From: an uncultured Thermoplasmata archaeon
Lineage (GTDB): Archaea; Thermoplasmatota; Thermoplasmata; RBG-16-68-12
Assembly (NCBI GenBank): GCA_963768855.1
Contig: CAVYJM010000006.1
Span: 512,001-576,000, forward strand
Length of the DNA stretch: 64,000 nt
Direction: 5' to 3'
Positions 19,462-28,726 of the stretch are shown here, piece by piece. The position numbers and the translations under genes were made by a program. Every line of letters starts with the position of its first letter. The first letter of the stretch is position 1. Under the pieces are notes generated by a model that saw only the letters and a program-made list of their open reading frames with translations, was not told the origin of the DNA and made no database searches.

Positions 19462-19476
19462 GGGGGGGGGGGGGGG
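19462..19476. repeat. G15 homopolymer
   Basis: 15 consecutive G read directly. Confidence 0.9.
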
Positions 19477-19662
19477 TAGAATCTAGGTTGGATGGCTTCT
19501 GTCCCAACTTTGCACCGCACTTTGTGGGGTTCCGCGTAGTAGAACGGGAAAACGGGAGGACTTCAAGCACGCTCGCACGGCAACGGGGTCGAGCTTGGTT
19601 TGCAGTTCTCTGGACTGCGGTCGATATCGAGAAATAAGGACTGATCCCTTGGCCAGCCGCCC

Positions 19663-20697
19663 ATGCGTGTCCTCCATCGGGATCCGCGGACCGGGGAGAT
19701 CAAGCTCCGGGTCGAGAACGCGGACGACCTCTGGCACCTGAGCAACCTCGTGCAGCCGGGAGATCAGGTGCGCGCCTCGACGTACCGCCGCGAGGAATCG
19801 AAAACGGACAAGATCCGCCCCGAGAAGGCGGAGAAGGTCCGCGTCACGATCACCCTGCGCGTCGAGAAGACGGAGTTCCAGGCGTTCTCGGACCGCCTTC
19901 GCATCAGCGGGGTGATCGTCGAAGCGCCGCAGGACCTCGGGCGGCATCACACGCTGAACGTCGCGGTCGATGACGTCCTCTCGATCATCAAGACGTGGAA
20001 ACGCCACGAGCTGCAGCGGATCGACGAGGCCGTGGCCGCGACGCAGAAACCGCTCGTCACGTTCCTGAGCCTGGACGACGAGGAGGCCCTCGTGGCGCAG
20101 CTCCGCCAGTACGGTGTGCAGGAGCTCGCGACGATCCACGCGCCGGGCCACGGCAAGATGTTCGACACGGGGGACGCCGTGACCGCGTATTTTGAAGACA
20201 TCCTTGAGAAGCTGAAGACAACCCCGCTCGGCGAGGCGCTCGTCCTCGTGGGCCCGGGTTTTACGAGGGAGGGCTTCCTGTCCTTCCTCCAGGCCCATGA
20301 TCCCGCCCTCGCGACGAAGGTCCACATGCAGGGCACCTCCCAGCCCGGGATGCGGGGGATCCAAGAGGCCTTGCGGTCCGGGATGGGGACAAAGCTCTTC
20401 GCGGACAGCCGCGTCGCCCTCGAGACCCGGCTCGTGGAGAAGGTCCTCGAAGGGATCGCGACGAACCGCCCCGTCGCATACGGCCGCAAGGAGGTCGAGG
20501 AGGCAATCGAGGCGGGTGCGGCGGAGACACTCCTCGTGAGCGACTCCGCCGTTCGCGACCTCGGGATCGAGCGGATGATGCACGACGCGGAATCCGCCCG
20601 GGGGACCGTGGTCCTCGTGAGCCCGCATCACGAGGCGGGCGCGAAGCTCGAGGGACTCGGAGGAATCGCGGCCCTGCTGCGGTTCCCGATCCGGTGA
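19663..20697 (+). CDS. pelA: Pelota/Dom34 ribosome rescue factor
   Basis: DDLWHLSNLVQPGD, RLRISGVI, HHTLNV and GLGGIAALLRF motifs. Confidence 0.96.
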   Translation: MRVLHRDPRTGEIKLRVENADDLWHLSNLVQPGDQVRASTYRREESKTDKIRPEKAEKVRVTITLRVEKTEFQAFSDRLRISGVIVEAPQDLGRHHTLNVAVDDVLSIIKTWKRHELQRIDEAVAATQKPLVTFLSLDDEEALVAQLRQYGVQELATIHAPGHGKMFDTGDAVTAYFEDILEKLKTTPLGEALVLVGPGFTREGFLSFLQAHDPALATKVHMQGTSQPGMRGIQEALRSGMGTKLFADSRVALETRLVEKVLEGIATNRPVAYGRKEVEEAIEAGAAETLLVSDSAVRDLGIERMMHDAESARGTVVLVSPHHEAGAKLEGLGGIAALLRFPIR

Positions 20698-20779
20698 GTT
20701 AGCGGCCTGTCGGATCGCGTCTCCCTTCGATCGGGAACGCGAACGGGGCGTAAACCGGGTCGCCTTCTCGCCAGGTCGG

Positions 20780-21151
20780 TCAGGGACTCCTCGTGTCGAC
20801 GACACAGAAAAGATTGCCCTCGGGGTCCGCGAGAACGATGAAGTCCTCCCCAGGCTCGCGCGCTTGGTAGAGCGTAGCGCCGAGGCGGAGCAGCCGCTCG
20901 ACCTCTCCCTCCGGGTCCTCGGTGTACAGGTCGAGATGCAACCGGCCTCGCAGGGGCTCCATCTGGTCGATGGACACGTTGGGCCCTCGCCCGCTGGGGT
21001 CCTTGAGGACGATGAACTCATCCCCTGGGGCCGGTGGGTTCCGCGGAGCGTAGCCAAGCGCCTCCTGCCAGAACGCCATCATCCGAGAGAAGTCCTTGCA
21101 GTCGATGACGATGGATCCGACACGAACCTTGCCCTTCTCCATGACATCCAT
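20780..21151 (-). CDS. VOC/glyoxalase-like protein
   Basis: SIVIDC...FWQEALGY...RLHLDL...LADPEGNLFCV. Confidence 0.88.
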   Translation of the reverse strand: MDVMEKGKVRVGSIVIDCKDFSRMMAFWQEALGYAPRNPPAPGDEFIVLKDPSGRGPNVSIDQMEPLRGRLHLDLYTEDPEGEVERLLRLGATLYQAREPGEDFIVLADPEGNLFCVVDTRSP

Positions 21152-21271
21152 GACTCGGCGATTGGGCGATAAACTTGCCTCGTTCAGCCGAGGGCCCGCT
21201 TCCCTCCGATCGTCCGGTAGAGCGTCCTGGGGACCGCGCTCTCCCCTTCCCTGTCTCCCGGTCGACCGCAG

Positions 21272-21844
21272 TCAGGCGCGCCCGTGCGACTCGCCTTTCA
21301 CCGTCGCTGCGGCAACCAGGTGCGCGACCCGCAGCGGCTCCGGGAGCGCACCCCGGACCGTCGTGAGGGTGATCCCTTCCAAAATCTCGGCGCGGGTCGC
21401 CCCCACGTACGTCACGCGCAAGGGCGTGTGGCGCGTGGTGACCTCCTCGATCCGGTGATCTTTGATGAGGGCCCATCGCTCCTCCCAGTCGTCGAACTTC
21501 CGGCGCAGGGCGGCCCGGATCGCGTCCAGGTCCGGCGCGCGGCGGGTCACGGTCACGACGGGAACATCGAGCTCCTCGTGGAGGGCGTCCAGGTCAATCA
21601 CGTTGAACCCGCCGACCGCGATGCCGTTCAGGAAGACCATTCGCAATCCTTCGCGGTACCGCGAGGTGCGGATCATCCCCAGGATGCGCTCCGTCGCGTC
21701 CCGCCCGTCGACGTGAGCGCGGCCCATGAGGACTCCCTCGATGTACGAGGGCGCCTGGACCGCGACCCCGACGAGGGGGACCTCGTCGTCTCCAAAGTGG
21801 AACGGGCCATCGTCGATCCCGAGGAATCGGGACTTGGATTTCAT
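21272..21844 (-). CDS. DUF99-family (endonuclease V-like) protein
   Basis: LGIDDGPF, VDGRDAT, GGFNVID and LPEPLRVAH motifs. Confidence 0.85.
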   Translation of the reverse strand: MKSKSRFLGIDDGPFHFGDDEVPLVGVAVQAPSYIEGVLMGRAHVDGRDATERILGMIRTSRYREGLRMVFLNGIAVGGFNVIDLDALHEELDVPVVTVTRRAPDLDAIRAALRRKFDDWEERWALIKDHRIEEVTTRHTPLRVTYVGATRAEILEGITLTTVRGALPEPLRVAHLVAAATVKGESHGRA

Positions 21845-21847
21845 CGC

Positions 21848-22201
21848 TCACACGAGCTTCAGGTGGCCGGTGACTTGGTCGACGACCTCGTTGGGCCCTG
21901 GCCCCACGGCCAGGCAGGTGACCGTACCGGGTGGGAGTTCCGTCAGCCCGGCGTCTTCGACGAGGGCCGTCGTCAGTCCGAGGGAACGGGCCTTGTTCTG
22001 GAGCAGGTGGAGCTCATGGAGGTCCGCCGCCTTGACGACGACCTTCTTCTGGCCTTCGTCGTACCAGTCCGAGAAGGCTTTGCGGTGCCTCGCCTTGGCG
22101 TCGAGCGCCGCCATGACCGCAGCGTGCGCGACCTGAACGGCGAGCTTCCCGCGGGACAGCTCGAGGTCCGCCCGGACCGCCACAACGAGCTTGTGTCTCA
22201 T
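21848..22201 (-). CDS. pth2: Peptidyl-tRNA hydrolase Pth2
   Basis: GKLAVQVAHA, GQKKVVVK, DAGLTEL and GPGP...VTGHLKL motifs. Confidence 0.96.
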   Translation of the reverse strand: MRHKLVVAVRADLELSRGKLAVQVAHAAVMAALDAKARHRKAFSDWYDEGQKKVVVKAADLHELHLLQNKARSLGLTTALVEDAGLTELPPGTVTCLAVGPGPNEVVDQVTGHLKLV

Positions 22202-22209
22202 TCCGCTCA

Positions 22210-22842
22210 TCATCCGTACAGCTCCGTCGCGCGCTCCTCCTCCAGCTTCCGGAGCTCCGTCTCGACACGCTTCAGGTCCGCTTTCGCCTCGTCCCGTTTC
22301 TGCTCGTAGTGGGACCGTGCGTCCGCCGAGTGGAGCTGCATCCGGCGCTCAAGGTCCTTGACCGTGCGGCGGAGCCGTTCGCGCTCCTCCGCGAGGGCTT
22401 CGAGCTTCATTCGGATCCGGTGGTCCTTCTCGTCATCCGTCAGGAGGGACTCCGGTCCCGCTTTCGGCATGCGGGTCAGGGCGGGATGCAGCCGCGCCAT
22501 CCACGGATACGCGCCGCGCCACCAGCCCACGACGAAGAACAGGACGCTGAGCCCGACCAGCCCGGAGGCGATGTACGGAGTCTGTACGTAGCCGAGCCCC
22601 GTCGACTCGTTCACTCCGAGGGAGTTGAGGAGGAATCCCCAGAGCACGGTGACCGCGATGGAGAGGACGATTCCGAGGGTGAGCCGATACAGGAGGTCGT
22701 ATTCCCGGTCGAGTTCTCCGCGCCTCGGGTAGAGGACGTTCACGAGGAGGAGCCCGGGGACGACAAAGGTGAGGAGGATGGCCCCGAGGACGCGCAGGAC
22801 CCCGAGGAATCCGAGCAGGGCGTCGGTTAGGGCGTCGGCCAC
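22210..22842 (-). CDS. DUF1616-like membrane protein with C-terminal coiled coil
   Basis: Three TM segments with VPG...LYPR..ELD...RLTLGIVLSIA; heptad-rich charged tail. Confidence 0.7.
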   Translation of the reverse strand: MADALTDALLGFLGVLRVLGAILLTFVVPGLLLVNVLYPRRGELDREYDLLYRLTLGIVLSIAVTVLWGFLLNSLGVNESTGLGYVQTPYIASGLVGLSVLFFVVGWWRGAYPWMARLHPALTRMPKAGPESLLTDDEKDHRIRMKLEALAEERERLRRTVKDLERRMQLHSADARSHYEQKRDEAKADLKRVETELRKLEEERATELYG

Positions 22843-22952
22843 CGCAATCGGCGAGCCTCCGGAGTCTATTTGAAGGTTGTGCGGCGCTCGCTCCTTCCCG
22901 GAAAGTCTTTCCTCTCCGCGGCCTATGCACGCGTGTTCCCAGGGGGAATCGC

Positions 22953-23669
22953 GTGGAGAGGACCCGGATCAAGACCTACATACGCGGCTTCGATGAGGCG
23001 GTCGGAGGCGGACTGCCGGAAGGGTACGTCGTCCTCATCTCCGGGGCCCCGGGCACGATGAAGTCGTCGCTCGCCTTCTCGATCCTCTACCAGAACGCGC
23101 TCCGAGAGGGCAAGCGGGGCGCCTACTTCACCCTCGAGCAGAGCAAGGACCTGCTCCTGGAGCACATGGCCTCCATGGGGATGGCGGACGACAAGGCGTG
23201 GGAGAACCTCGTCATGATGGACATGGGGAACATCCGCAAGAACCTCAACTACCTCCAGGGCCGTGGCACGTGGCTCGAGCTCTTCAAGATGTACTGCAAC
23301 AACGTGATGAAGTCGGAGAAGATCTCCTGCCTCGTCGTCGATTCGCTGGACGTGCTCGAGACGATGGCGAAGATGCAGGACCGGCGGTCCGACCTGTATT
23401 TCCTGTTCGAATGGCTCCGCGACCTGGGGCCGCTGACCCTCCTCCTCTCCGAGCAGCCCCTTGAGACGGGCGGCGGCCGCCAGCCGGACGAGGCCTACCT
23501 CGCGGACGGGATCATCCAGCTCGAGATGCACGCCGCCTCGGACCTCTTCGTCCAGCGCCGTGTGCGGGTCGCGAAGCTGCGCGCGACGAGACACAACACG
23601 GGCTACTACGCCCTGACCTACGAGGACGGCGGGTTCGAGGTCGCCCGGGCCGTCTCGGGCTCCGGCTGA
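22953..23669 (+). CDS. Single-domain KaiC/RAD55-like RecA-superfamily ATPase
   Basis: TYIRGFD...GGLP, Walker A GAPGTMKS, Walker B LVVDSL, ADGIIQL and KLR arginine-finger motif. Confidence 0.9.
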   Translation: MERTRIKTYIRGFDEAVGGGLPEGYVVLISGAPGTMKSSLAFSILYQNALREGKRGAYFTLEQSKDLLLEHMASMGMADDKAWENLVMMDMGNIRKNLNYLQGRGTWLELFKMYCNNVMKSEKISCLVVDSLDVLETMAKMQDRRSDLYFLFEWLRDLGPLTLLLSEQPLETGGGRQPDEAYLADGIIQLEMHAASDLFVQRRVRVAKLRATRHNTGYYALTYEDGGFEVARAVSGSG

Positions 23670-23781
23670 GCGGCGAACGTATCCTCCGAGAGAACGGGAC
23701 CGAAGGACTTTATACCCGGCCCGTCGGATACGAAAGAGACCCGTCGGGCTACCCTGCGGGTTCCACGAGACCGCAGACCCC

Positions 23782-26700
23782 ATGCAGGACCTAGAAGAGA
23801 GCGAGCGCCGATTCCGCCTGGCACTCTCCCAGGCACCGGTGATCGCATGGACCACGGATGTCGATCTGAGGTTCACCTGGGGCGTTGGAACGGCCCTCGC
23901 CGATGTTCAACTCGACGCGAAGATTTTCGCCCACCAGAGGGTCGCGGACTTCTTCCCGGGCGAAGGGCCGTCCGCGCCCGTCGAACAGCATCGTCGCGCC
24001 CTGGCCGGCGAATCCGTCCGGTACGAGTTCGAGTGGATGGGGCGCTGGTTCGACGTCCATCTCGAGCCCCTGCGGGACGCGGATGGCGTAATCGTCGGCG
24101 TCATCGGGATGGCGCTCGATCTCACCGAGCGCAGGAAGGCGGAGGAGGCCCTCCGTCTCAGCGAGGACCGCTTCGTCCTCCTCGGCCGCGCCACGAGCGA
24201 CATGGCTTGGGACTGGGACCTGGAGACGGACAGCATCTGGAGGAACGAGAACCTCCAGATCATCTTCGGCTACTCCGCGGAGGACATGGAGCCGGCGGGG
24301 AGCTGGTGGGAGCTCCGGATGCATCCCGACGACCGCGGACGGGTCATGAAGAGCCTCCGGGAAGCGATCGCCGGAGAGGGCTCCTTCTGGAGCGAAGAGT
24401 ACCGCTGGCAGCGGAAGGATGGTAGCTACGCCGTCATCCTGGACCGGGGCTACGTGATCCGCGACGAGCAAGGCACGCCCGTGCGGATGATTGGCTCCAC
24501 GATGGACATCACGAAGCACCGGCGCGAGGAGAAGATCCGCGAGGCAATCTACAAGATCTCTGAGGCGGGGGCGACCGCGAAGGACCTGCCCGCCTTCTAT
24601 GCGGAGGTCCACAAGATCGTGGGCCAGCTCATGCCCGCGCAGAACTTCTATATCGCGCTCCATGATCCGAATACCGATCTCCTGAGCTTCCCCTACTTCT
24701 TGGACGAGCAGGAGGAGCCCCCCGAATCGTACAAGGCGGGTCGCGGCCTCACGGAATACGTCCTGCGCTCGGGGAAGCCGTTCTACGCCTCGACGGAAGG
24801 CTACGAGCGACTCGTGGCCACCGGCGAGGTCGTCCGCGTCGGTCCGATGTCGATCGACTGGGTCGGCGTCCCTCTCGTGGCGAAGGGGAAGACGCTCGGC
24901 GCTCTCGTCCTCCAGACGTACGCCGAAGGCGTTCGGTATGGCGAGGAGGAGCGGGACGTGCTCAGCTTCGTCTCCGAGCAGATCGCGATGGCGATCGAAC
25001 GCAAGCGCGCCGAGGAATCGCTCCGCGACGAGGAGGGCCGCTACCGCCTCCTTTTTGAGTCCAACCCGACCCCCATGTGGGTCTATGACCTCGAGGACCT
25101 CCGGTTCCTTGCCGTGAACGACATGGCGGTCGAGCACTACGGCTACTCGCGGGAGGAGTTCCTCTCGATGACGATTAAGGACATCCGTCTCCCCGAGGAT
25201 GTCGAGGCCCTCGTCGCCTCCGTCATGGGGCCTCGCCAAGTCATCGAGCACTCCGGCGTCTGGAGGCACCGCACGAAAGATGGCCGGTTGATCGACGTCG
25301 AGATCACTTCCCACACCCTGGAGTTCTCCGGTCGGCGCGCCGTCCTCGTGATGGCCAACGACATCACGAAACGCAAGCACGACCAGGAGGCCCTCGTGGC
25401 CGCCGAAGGGAAGTACCGAGGCCTCGTCGAGCAATCCCTCGTCGGCACCTACATCATCCAAGGCGACCGGTTCGTCTATGTCAATCCGAAGCTCGCGGAC
25501 ATCTTCGGCTACACCCCCGACGAGGTCGTCCGCTCGAAGGTGGTCGCGGATCTCGTGGCCCCGGAGGACCGGGCCAAGGTCCTCGAGAACATCCGGACTC
25601 GGCTCGAAAGGGAGACGAAGAGCCTGCAGTATCGCTTCCAGGGAGTCCGCAAGGACGGTTCGCGGATTGCGGTCGAAGTCCACGGGAGCGAGGTGGAGTT
25701 CAACGGAGCCCCTGCGATCATCGGGTCGCTCCTGGATATCACGCAGCGGGAACAGGCCGAAGACCGGCTTCGCCGGTCCGAGACGCGGTTCCGGACCCTG
25801 TTCGAGGCCGCCGCCGATGCGATTCTGCTCGTCAACGCGAAGGGAACCATCCTCGACGCAAACCCGACCGCAGGATTGATCGTGGAGAAGGAACGGGAGT
25901 TCCTCCTTGGAGCGAACCTGGAAGACTTCCTCATGCCGGAGGACCTCGAGCGTGCCCGCGCGTACCTGCGCCGGTGCTTCAAGGGAAACTCGCCCCCGGA
26001 GCGGTTCGAGGTCGCGATTGCGCTCCCCCGGGGAGTCCGGAAGTCCCTGGCCGTCCGCTCGCAGCTGGTCTCCGAGCCCGGTTCCGACCCCTACGTGGAG
26101 ATGATCGTCCGCGACGTCACGGAGCAGATCGAGATGCAGAGACGCCTGCTGGCCAGCGAACGCCTCGCGTCCGTCGGCCAGATGGCCGCCTACATCGCGC
26201 ACGAGATCAACACGCCTCTCGCGAACATCTCCCTGCTCGCCGCCGCGAGCAAACGGAGGACCCAGGACCCCGAGGTGCGCGAGCGCCTCGAGAAGATCGA
26301 CGCGCAGCGCCGGCAGGCGGCGTCCATCATCGCGGACCTCTTGGGCTTCTCCAAGCACCGGGACATCGAACCGGTCGAGGTCGATCTCCGGACCATCCTG
26401 GTGACTGCCGTCGACCAGATCGAGCCCTACCGCTCCCCCAATGTCGTGCTCGTCCAGGACTACGGCGAGACTCCGGTCCCAGCCTACGTGGACCCCCTCC
26501 AGATCCAGGAGGTCTTCGTGAACCTCTTGCGGAACGCCTTCGAGGCGACGACCCGCGGGTCGGTCACCGTCCGGCTCGAGGCCCGGAGTGGCTACCGCAT
26601 CGTGACCGTGACGGACACGGGCCCTGGCATCCCGGCGGAGGTGCAGGGACGCCTCTTCCAGCCATTCGTCACGACGAAGCGGAACAAGGGCGGGACGGGG

Positions 26701-26820
26701 CTGGGGCTCGCGGTCTGCCGGAACATCCTGGCAGCCCACGGAGGCGAAATTCATTTCACCACGACCCCCGGTAAAGGGACCACGTTCACGGTCGTGCTTC
26801 CCCAGAGGGAGAACCCATGA
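23782..26820 (+). CDS. Cytoplasmic multi-PAS/GAF sensor histidine kinase
   Basis: About five PAS/PAC repeats plus a GAF; H-box HEINTPL, N-box NLLRNA, DTGPGI, FVTTK and GTGLGL; no TM segment. Confidence 0.95.
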   Translation: MQDLEESERRFRLALSQAPVIAWTTDVDLRFTWGVGTALADVQLDAKIFAHQRVADFFPGEGPSAPVEQHRRALAGESVRYEFEWMGRWFDVHLEPLRDADGVIVGVIGMALDLTERRKAEEALRLSEDRFVLLGRATSDMAWDWDLETDSIWRNENLQIIFGYSAEDMEPAGSWWELRMHPDDRGRVMKSLREAIAGEGSFWSEEYRWQRKDGSYAVILDRGYVIRDEQGTPVRMIGSTMDITKHRREEKIREAIYKISEAGATAKDLPAFYAEVHKIVGQLMPAQNFYIALHDPNTDLLSFPYFLDEQEEPPESYKAGRGLTEYVLRSGKPFYASTEGYERLVATGEVVRVGPMSIDWVGVPLVAKGKTLGALVLQTYAEGVRYGEEERDVLSFVSEQIAMAIERKRAEESLRDEEGRYRLLFESNPTPMWVYDLEDLRFLAVNDMAVEHYGYSREEFLSMTIKDIRLPEDVEALVASVMGPRQVIEHSGVWRHRTKDGRLIDVEITSHTLEFSGRRAVLVMANDITKRKHDQEALVAAEGKYRGLVEQSLVGTYIIQGDRFVYVNPKLADIFGYTPDEVVRSKVVADLVAPEDRAKVLENIRTRLERETKSLQYRFQGVRKDGSRIAVEVHGSEVEFNGAPAIIGSLLDITQREQAEDRLRRSETRFRTLFEAAADAILLVNAKGTILDANPTAGLIVEKEREFLLGANLEDFLMPEDLERARAYLRRCFKGNSPPERFEVAIALPRGVRKSLAVRSQLVSEPGSDPYVEMIVRDVTEQIEMQRRLLASERLASVGQMAAYIAHEINTPLANISLLAAASKRRTQDPEVRERLEKIDAQRRQAASIIADLLGFSKHRDIEPVEVDLRTILVTAVDQIEPYRSPNVVLVQDYGETPVPAYVDPLQIQEVFVNLLRNAFEATTRGSVTVRLEARSGYRIVTVTDTGPGIPAEVQGRLFQPFVTTKRNKGGTGLGLAVCRNILAAHGGEIHFTTTPGKGTTFTVVLPQRENP

Positions 26821-27887
26821 AGATCCTGATCGCCGACGACGACCCGACGCTGCGTTCGGAGCTCGCCGAGCTCCTCCGAGCGGACGGGCATGACGTGTAC
26901 GTCGCTGCAGATGGCGGTGAGGCGCTCGAGCAGCTTCAGGCGGACGCGTTCGAGATCGCGCTGCTGGACCTCGTGATGCCGCGCGCGACCGGCCTCGAGA
27001 TCCTGCACCGCCTCCAAGTCATCCGGCCCGACACCGCGGTGGTCATGATCACCGGGCATGGCTCGGTCGATGTCGCGGTGGAAGCGATGAAGGGAGGTGC
27101 GGTCGACTTCGTCGTGAAGCCCTTCGAGATCGAGGCCCTCCAGCGAATCCTGCAGTCCGTCCAGGACGAGCGGCAGGCACGGGAGATGATCACCCAGCCC
27201 GCCCAGGGGCCCCAGGCGGTGCAGTCGATCCTCGAGGATGCCGCGCGCCGCAAATCCCTCCTGGCCGTGTTGGGACCCGAGGCGGCCCCGCCGAAGGGGG
27301 CCGTCCGCATCCTTCGGCTCGACGACGAGCCGAAGCCTCCGAACGTGTTCACGGCCTCCCAGCTTTATCAGCTCAACGCCGCGATCGAGGACCATGTGTC
27401 CAAGACGGAGGCCCCGGTGGTCTACGCCGCCGAGCTGAAGCGCCTGGAAGACCTCCACGGCCGCGCCGACCTCGAGGCCTGGGTGCGCCACGTCAGCGGA
27501 CGATGCGAAGCCCGGGGCGGCACCTTGGTCGTCAAGGACCTCTCGCCGGAGGTCGTGTCCGACCTCGAGGCAGGGTTCGGCGTGGCCCACACGGAACCGG
27601 GACTGCAGGGGATGCTCGAGTCCCTCGCGAACCCGATCCGGCGGGCCATCGTGTCATTCGTCTTTTCCTCCGGTCCCGTGTCCTATTCATCCATCCTGAA
27701 GATGAACTTCGTCGACTCGTCGTCGAAGCTCTCCTTCCACCTCCAGAAGCTCCAAACGGACAGCCTCCTGACGAAGGCCGAGGGGGGCGCCTACGTCCTG
27801 ACGGAGGAGGGCCGGCAGGCTTGGCGCGTCGTCCGTGCCCTCGGGAACGAACGGCGTCGCCCGCCCCTCCTCTTCGACTCCCGCTAG
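26817..27887 (+). CDS. Response regulator: REC + central domain (DUF835-like?) + C-terminal ArsR-like wHTH
   Basis: ILIADDD, LLDLVMP, ITGHG and VKPF receiver motifs; C-terminal LANPIRRAIV...SSKLSFHLQKL...YVLTEEG. Confidence 0.88.
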   Translation: MKILIADDDPTLRSELAELLRADGHDVYVAADGGEALEQLQADAFEIALLDLVMPRATGLEILHRLQVIRPDTAVVMITGHGSVDVAVEAMKGGAVDFVVKPFEIEALQRILQSVQDERQAREMITQPAQGPQAVQSILEDAARRKSLLAVLGPEAAPPKGAVRILRLDDEPKPPNVFTASQLYQLNAAIEDHVSKTEAPVVYAAELKRLEDLHGRADLEAWVRHVSGRCEARGGTLVVKDLSPEVVSDLEAGFGVAHTEPGLQGMLESLANPIRRAIVSFVFSSGPVSYSSILKMNFVDSSSKLSFHLQKLQTDSLLTKAEGGAYVLTEEGRQAWRVVRALGNERRRPPLLFDSR

Positions 27888-27981
27888 ACCCCGGTTCTCT
27901 CTGTCAAACGCTCTCAACCAAGGCCTATAAAAGCTCCCGGCCGCATCGAAGTTCCCCGTGCAGGATGTGGTGTCTCTGCCG

Positions 27982-28368
27982 TTGACCGGGAATCTCCCGA
28001 AGTGCCGCCTTCTCATCGTCGACGACGACGAGGGCATGAGGGAGAACCTCGCGGAGCTGTTCGAGTCCGTGGGCTACTCGGTCCGCACCGCCGCGAACGC
28101 GCCCGAGGCGCTCGAGATTCTCGATGCGAACGACGTGGACATACTGCTGACCGACTACAAGATGCCCGGTCCGACCGGCGTGGAGCTGATCGAGAAGGCC
28201 CGGAACCGCCAGCCGGGCCTGCGCGCGGTCCTGATGACCGCGTTCGGAGACAGTTTCACGGAGATCGAGAGCGCCCGCCGAGGGGCCGCCGGATACCTGA
28301 AGAAGCCGTTCGAAGCGGACCAAGTCGTCGCCTTCGTGGAGAAGATCCTGGCGTTGCGGGGGGATTGA
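27982..28368 (+). CDS. Stand-alone receiver (REC) protein
   Basis: LIVDDD, LTDYKMP, MTAFG and KKPF motifs; own TATA box CTATAAAA near 27924-27931. Start uncertain (27958-27982). Confidence 0.9.
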   Translation: MTGNLPKCRLLIVDDDEGMRENLAELFESVGYSVRTAANAPEALEILDANDVDILLTDYKMPGPTGVELIEKARNRQPGLRAVLMTAFGDSFTEIESARRGAAGYLKKPFEADQVVAFVEKILALRGD

Positions 28369-28387
28369 GCGCGTGCAAGCCCTGGCA

Positions 28388-28726
28388 ATGAGCCAAACCG
28401 TGATGGACCCGTACAGCGCCCGGATCCTGTTGGGGACCTGCGAGAGCGCAGTCTCGGCCCTGGACCTGAGCCATCGCTTCGGGATCCCGATCGCCGCGTG
28501 CTACCGCCGCATCCGCCAGCTCGAACACCTCGGCCTCGTCTACTGCGAACGCGCGTTGCCCTCCCGGAACGGGAAGGGCCTCCAGCTCTTCCGGTCGCGG
28601 TTGAAGTCCGTCCGGGTGAGCCTCGAGGAAGGTCGCTTGAAGGCGAGCATCGTGATCGACGACGGCGCGCAGCCCCTCGCCTCGGAGCAGGTCATCAACC
28701 TGACCGAGACGCCTCTGAACCCCTAG
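28388..28726 (+). CDS. Winged-helix (ArsR/HTH_20-like) transcription regulator
   Basis: DPYSARIL...SALDLS...IPIAACYRRIRQL...GLV pattern. Confidence 0.8.
   Translation: MSQTVMDPYSARILLGTCESAVSALDLSHRFGIPIAACYRRIRQLEHLGLVYCERALPSRNGKGLQLFRSRLKSVRVSLEEGRLKASIVIDDGAQPLASEQVINLTETPLNP

Noticed and set aside
20715-20742. Hairpin between pelota and the VOC gene as a novel element
   Set aside because: Adequately explained as a convergent terminator-like stem in GC-rich DNA.
22953-23669. Circadian clock KaiC
   Set aside because: Single domain and no kaiA/kaiB; general archaeal KaiC-like family.
23791-26754. Very long antisense ORFs (e.g. 23791-26754, 307-1923, 7488-9233, 28723-31356, 53987-55837)
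   Set aside because: Shadow frames of real high-GC genes; no motifs and skewed R/G/P/D/V composition.
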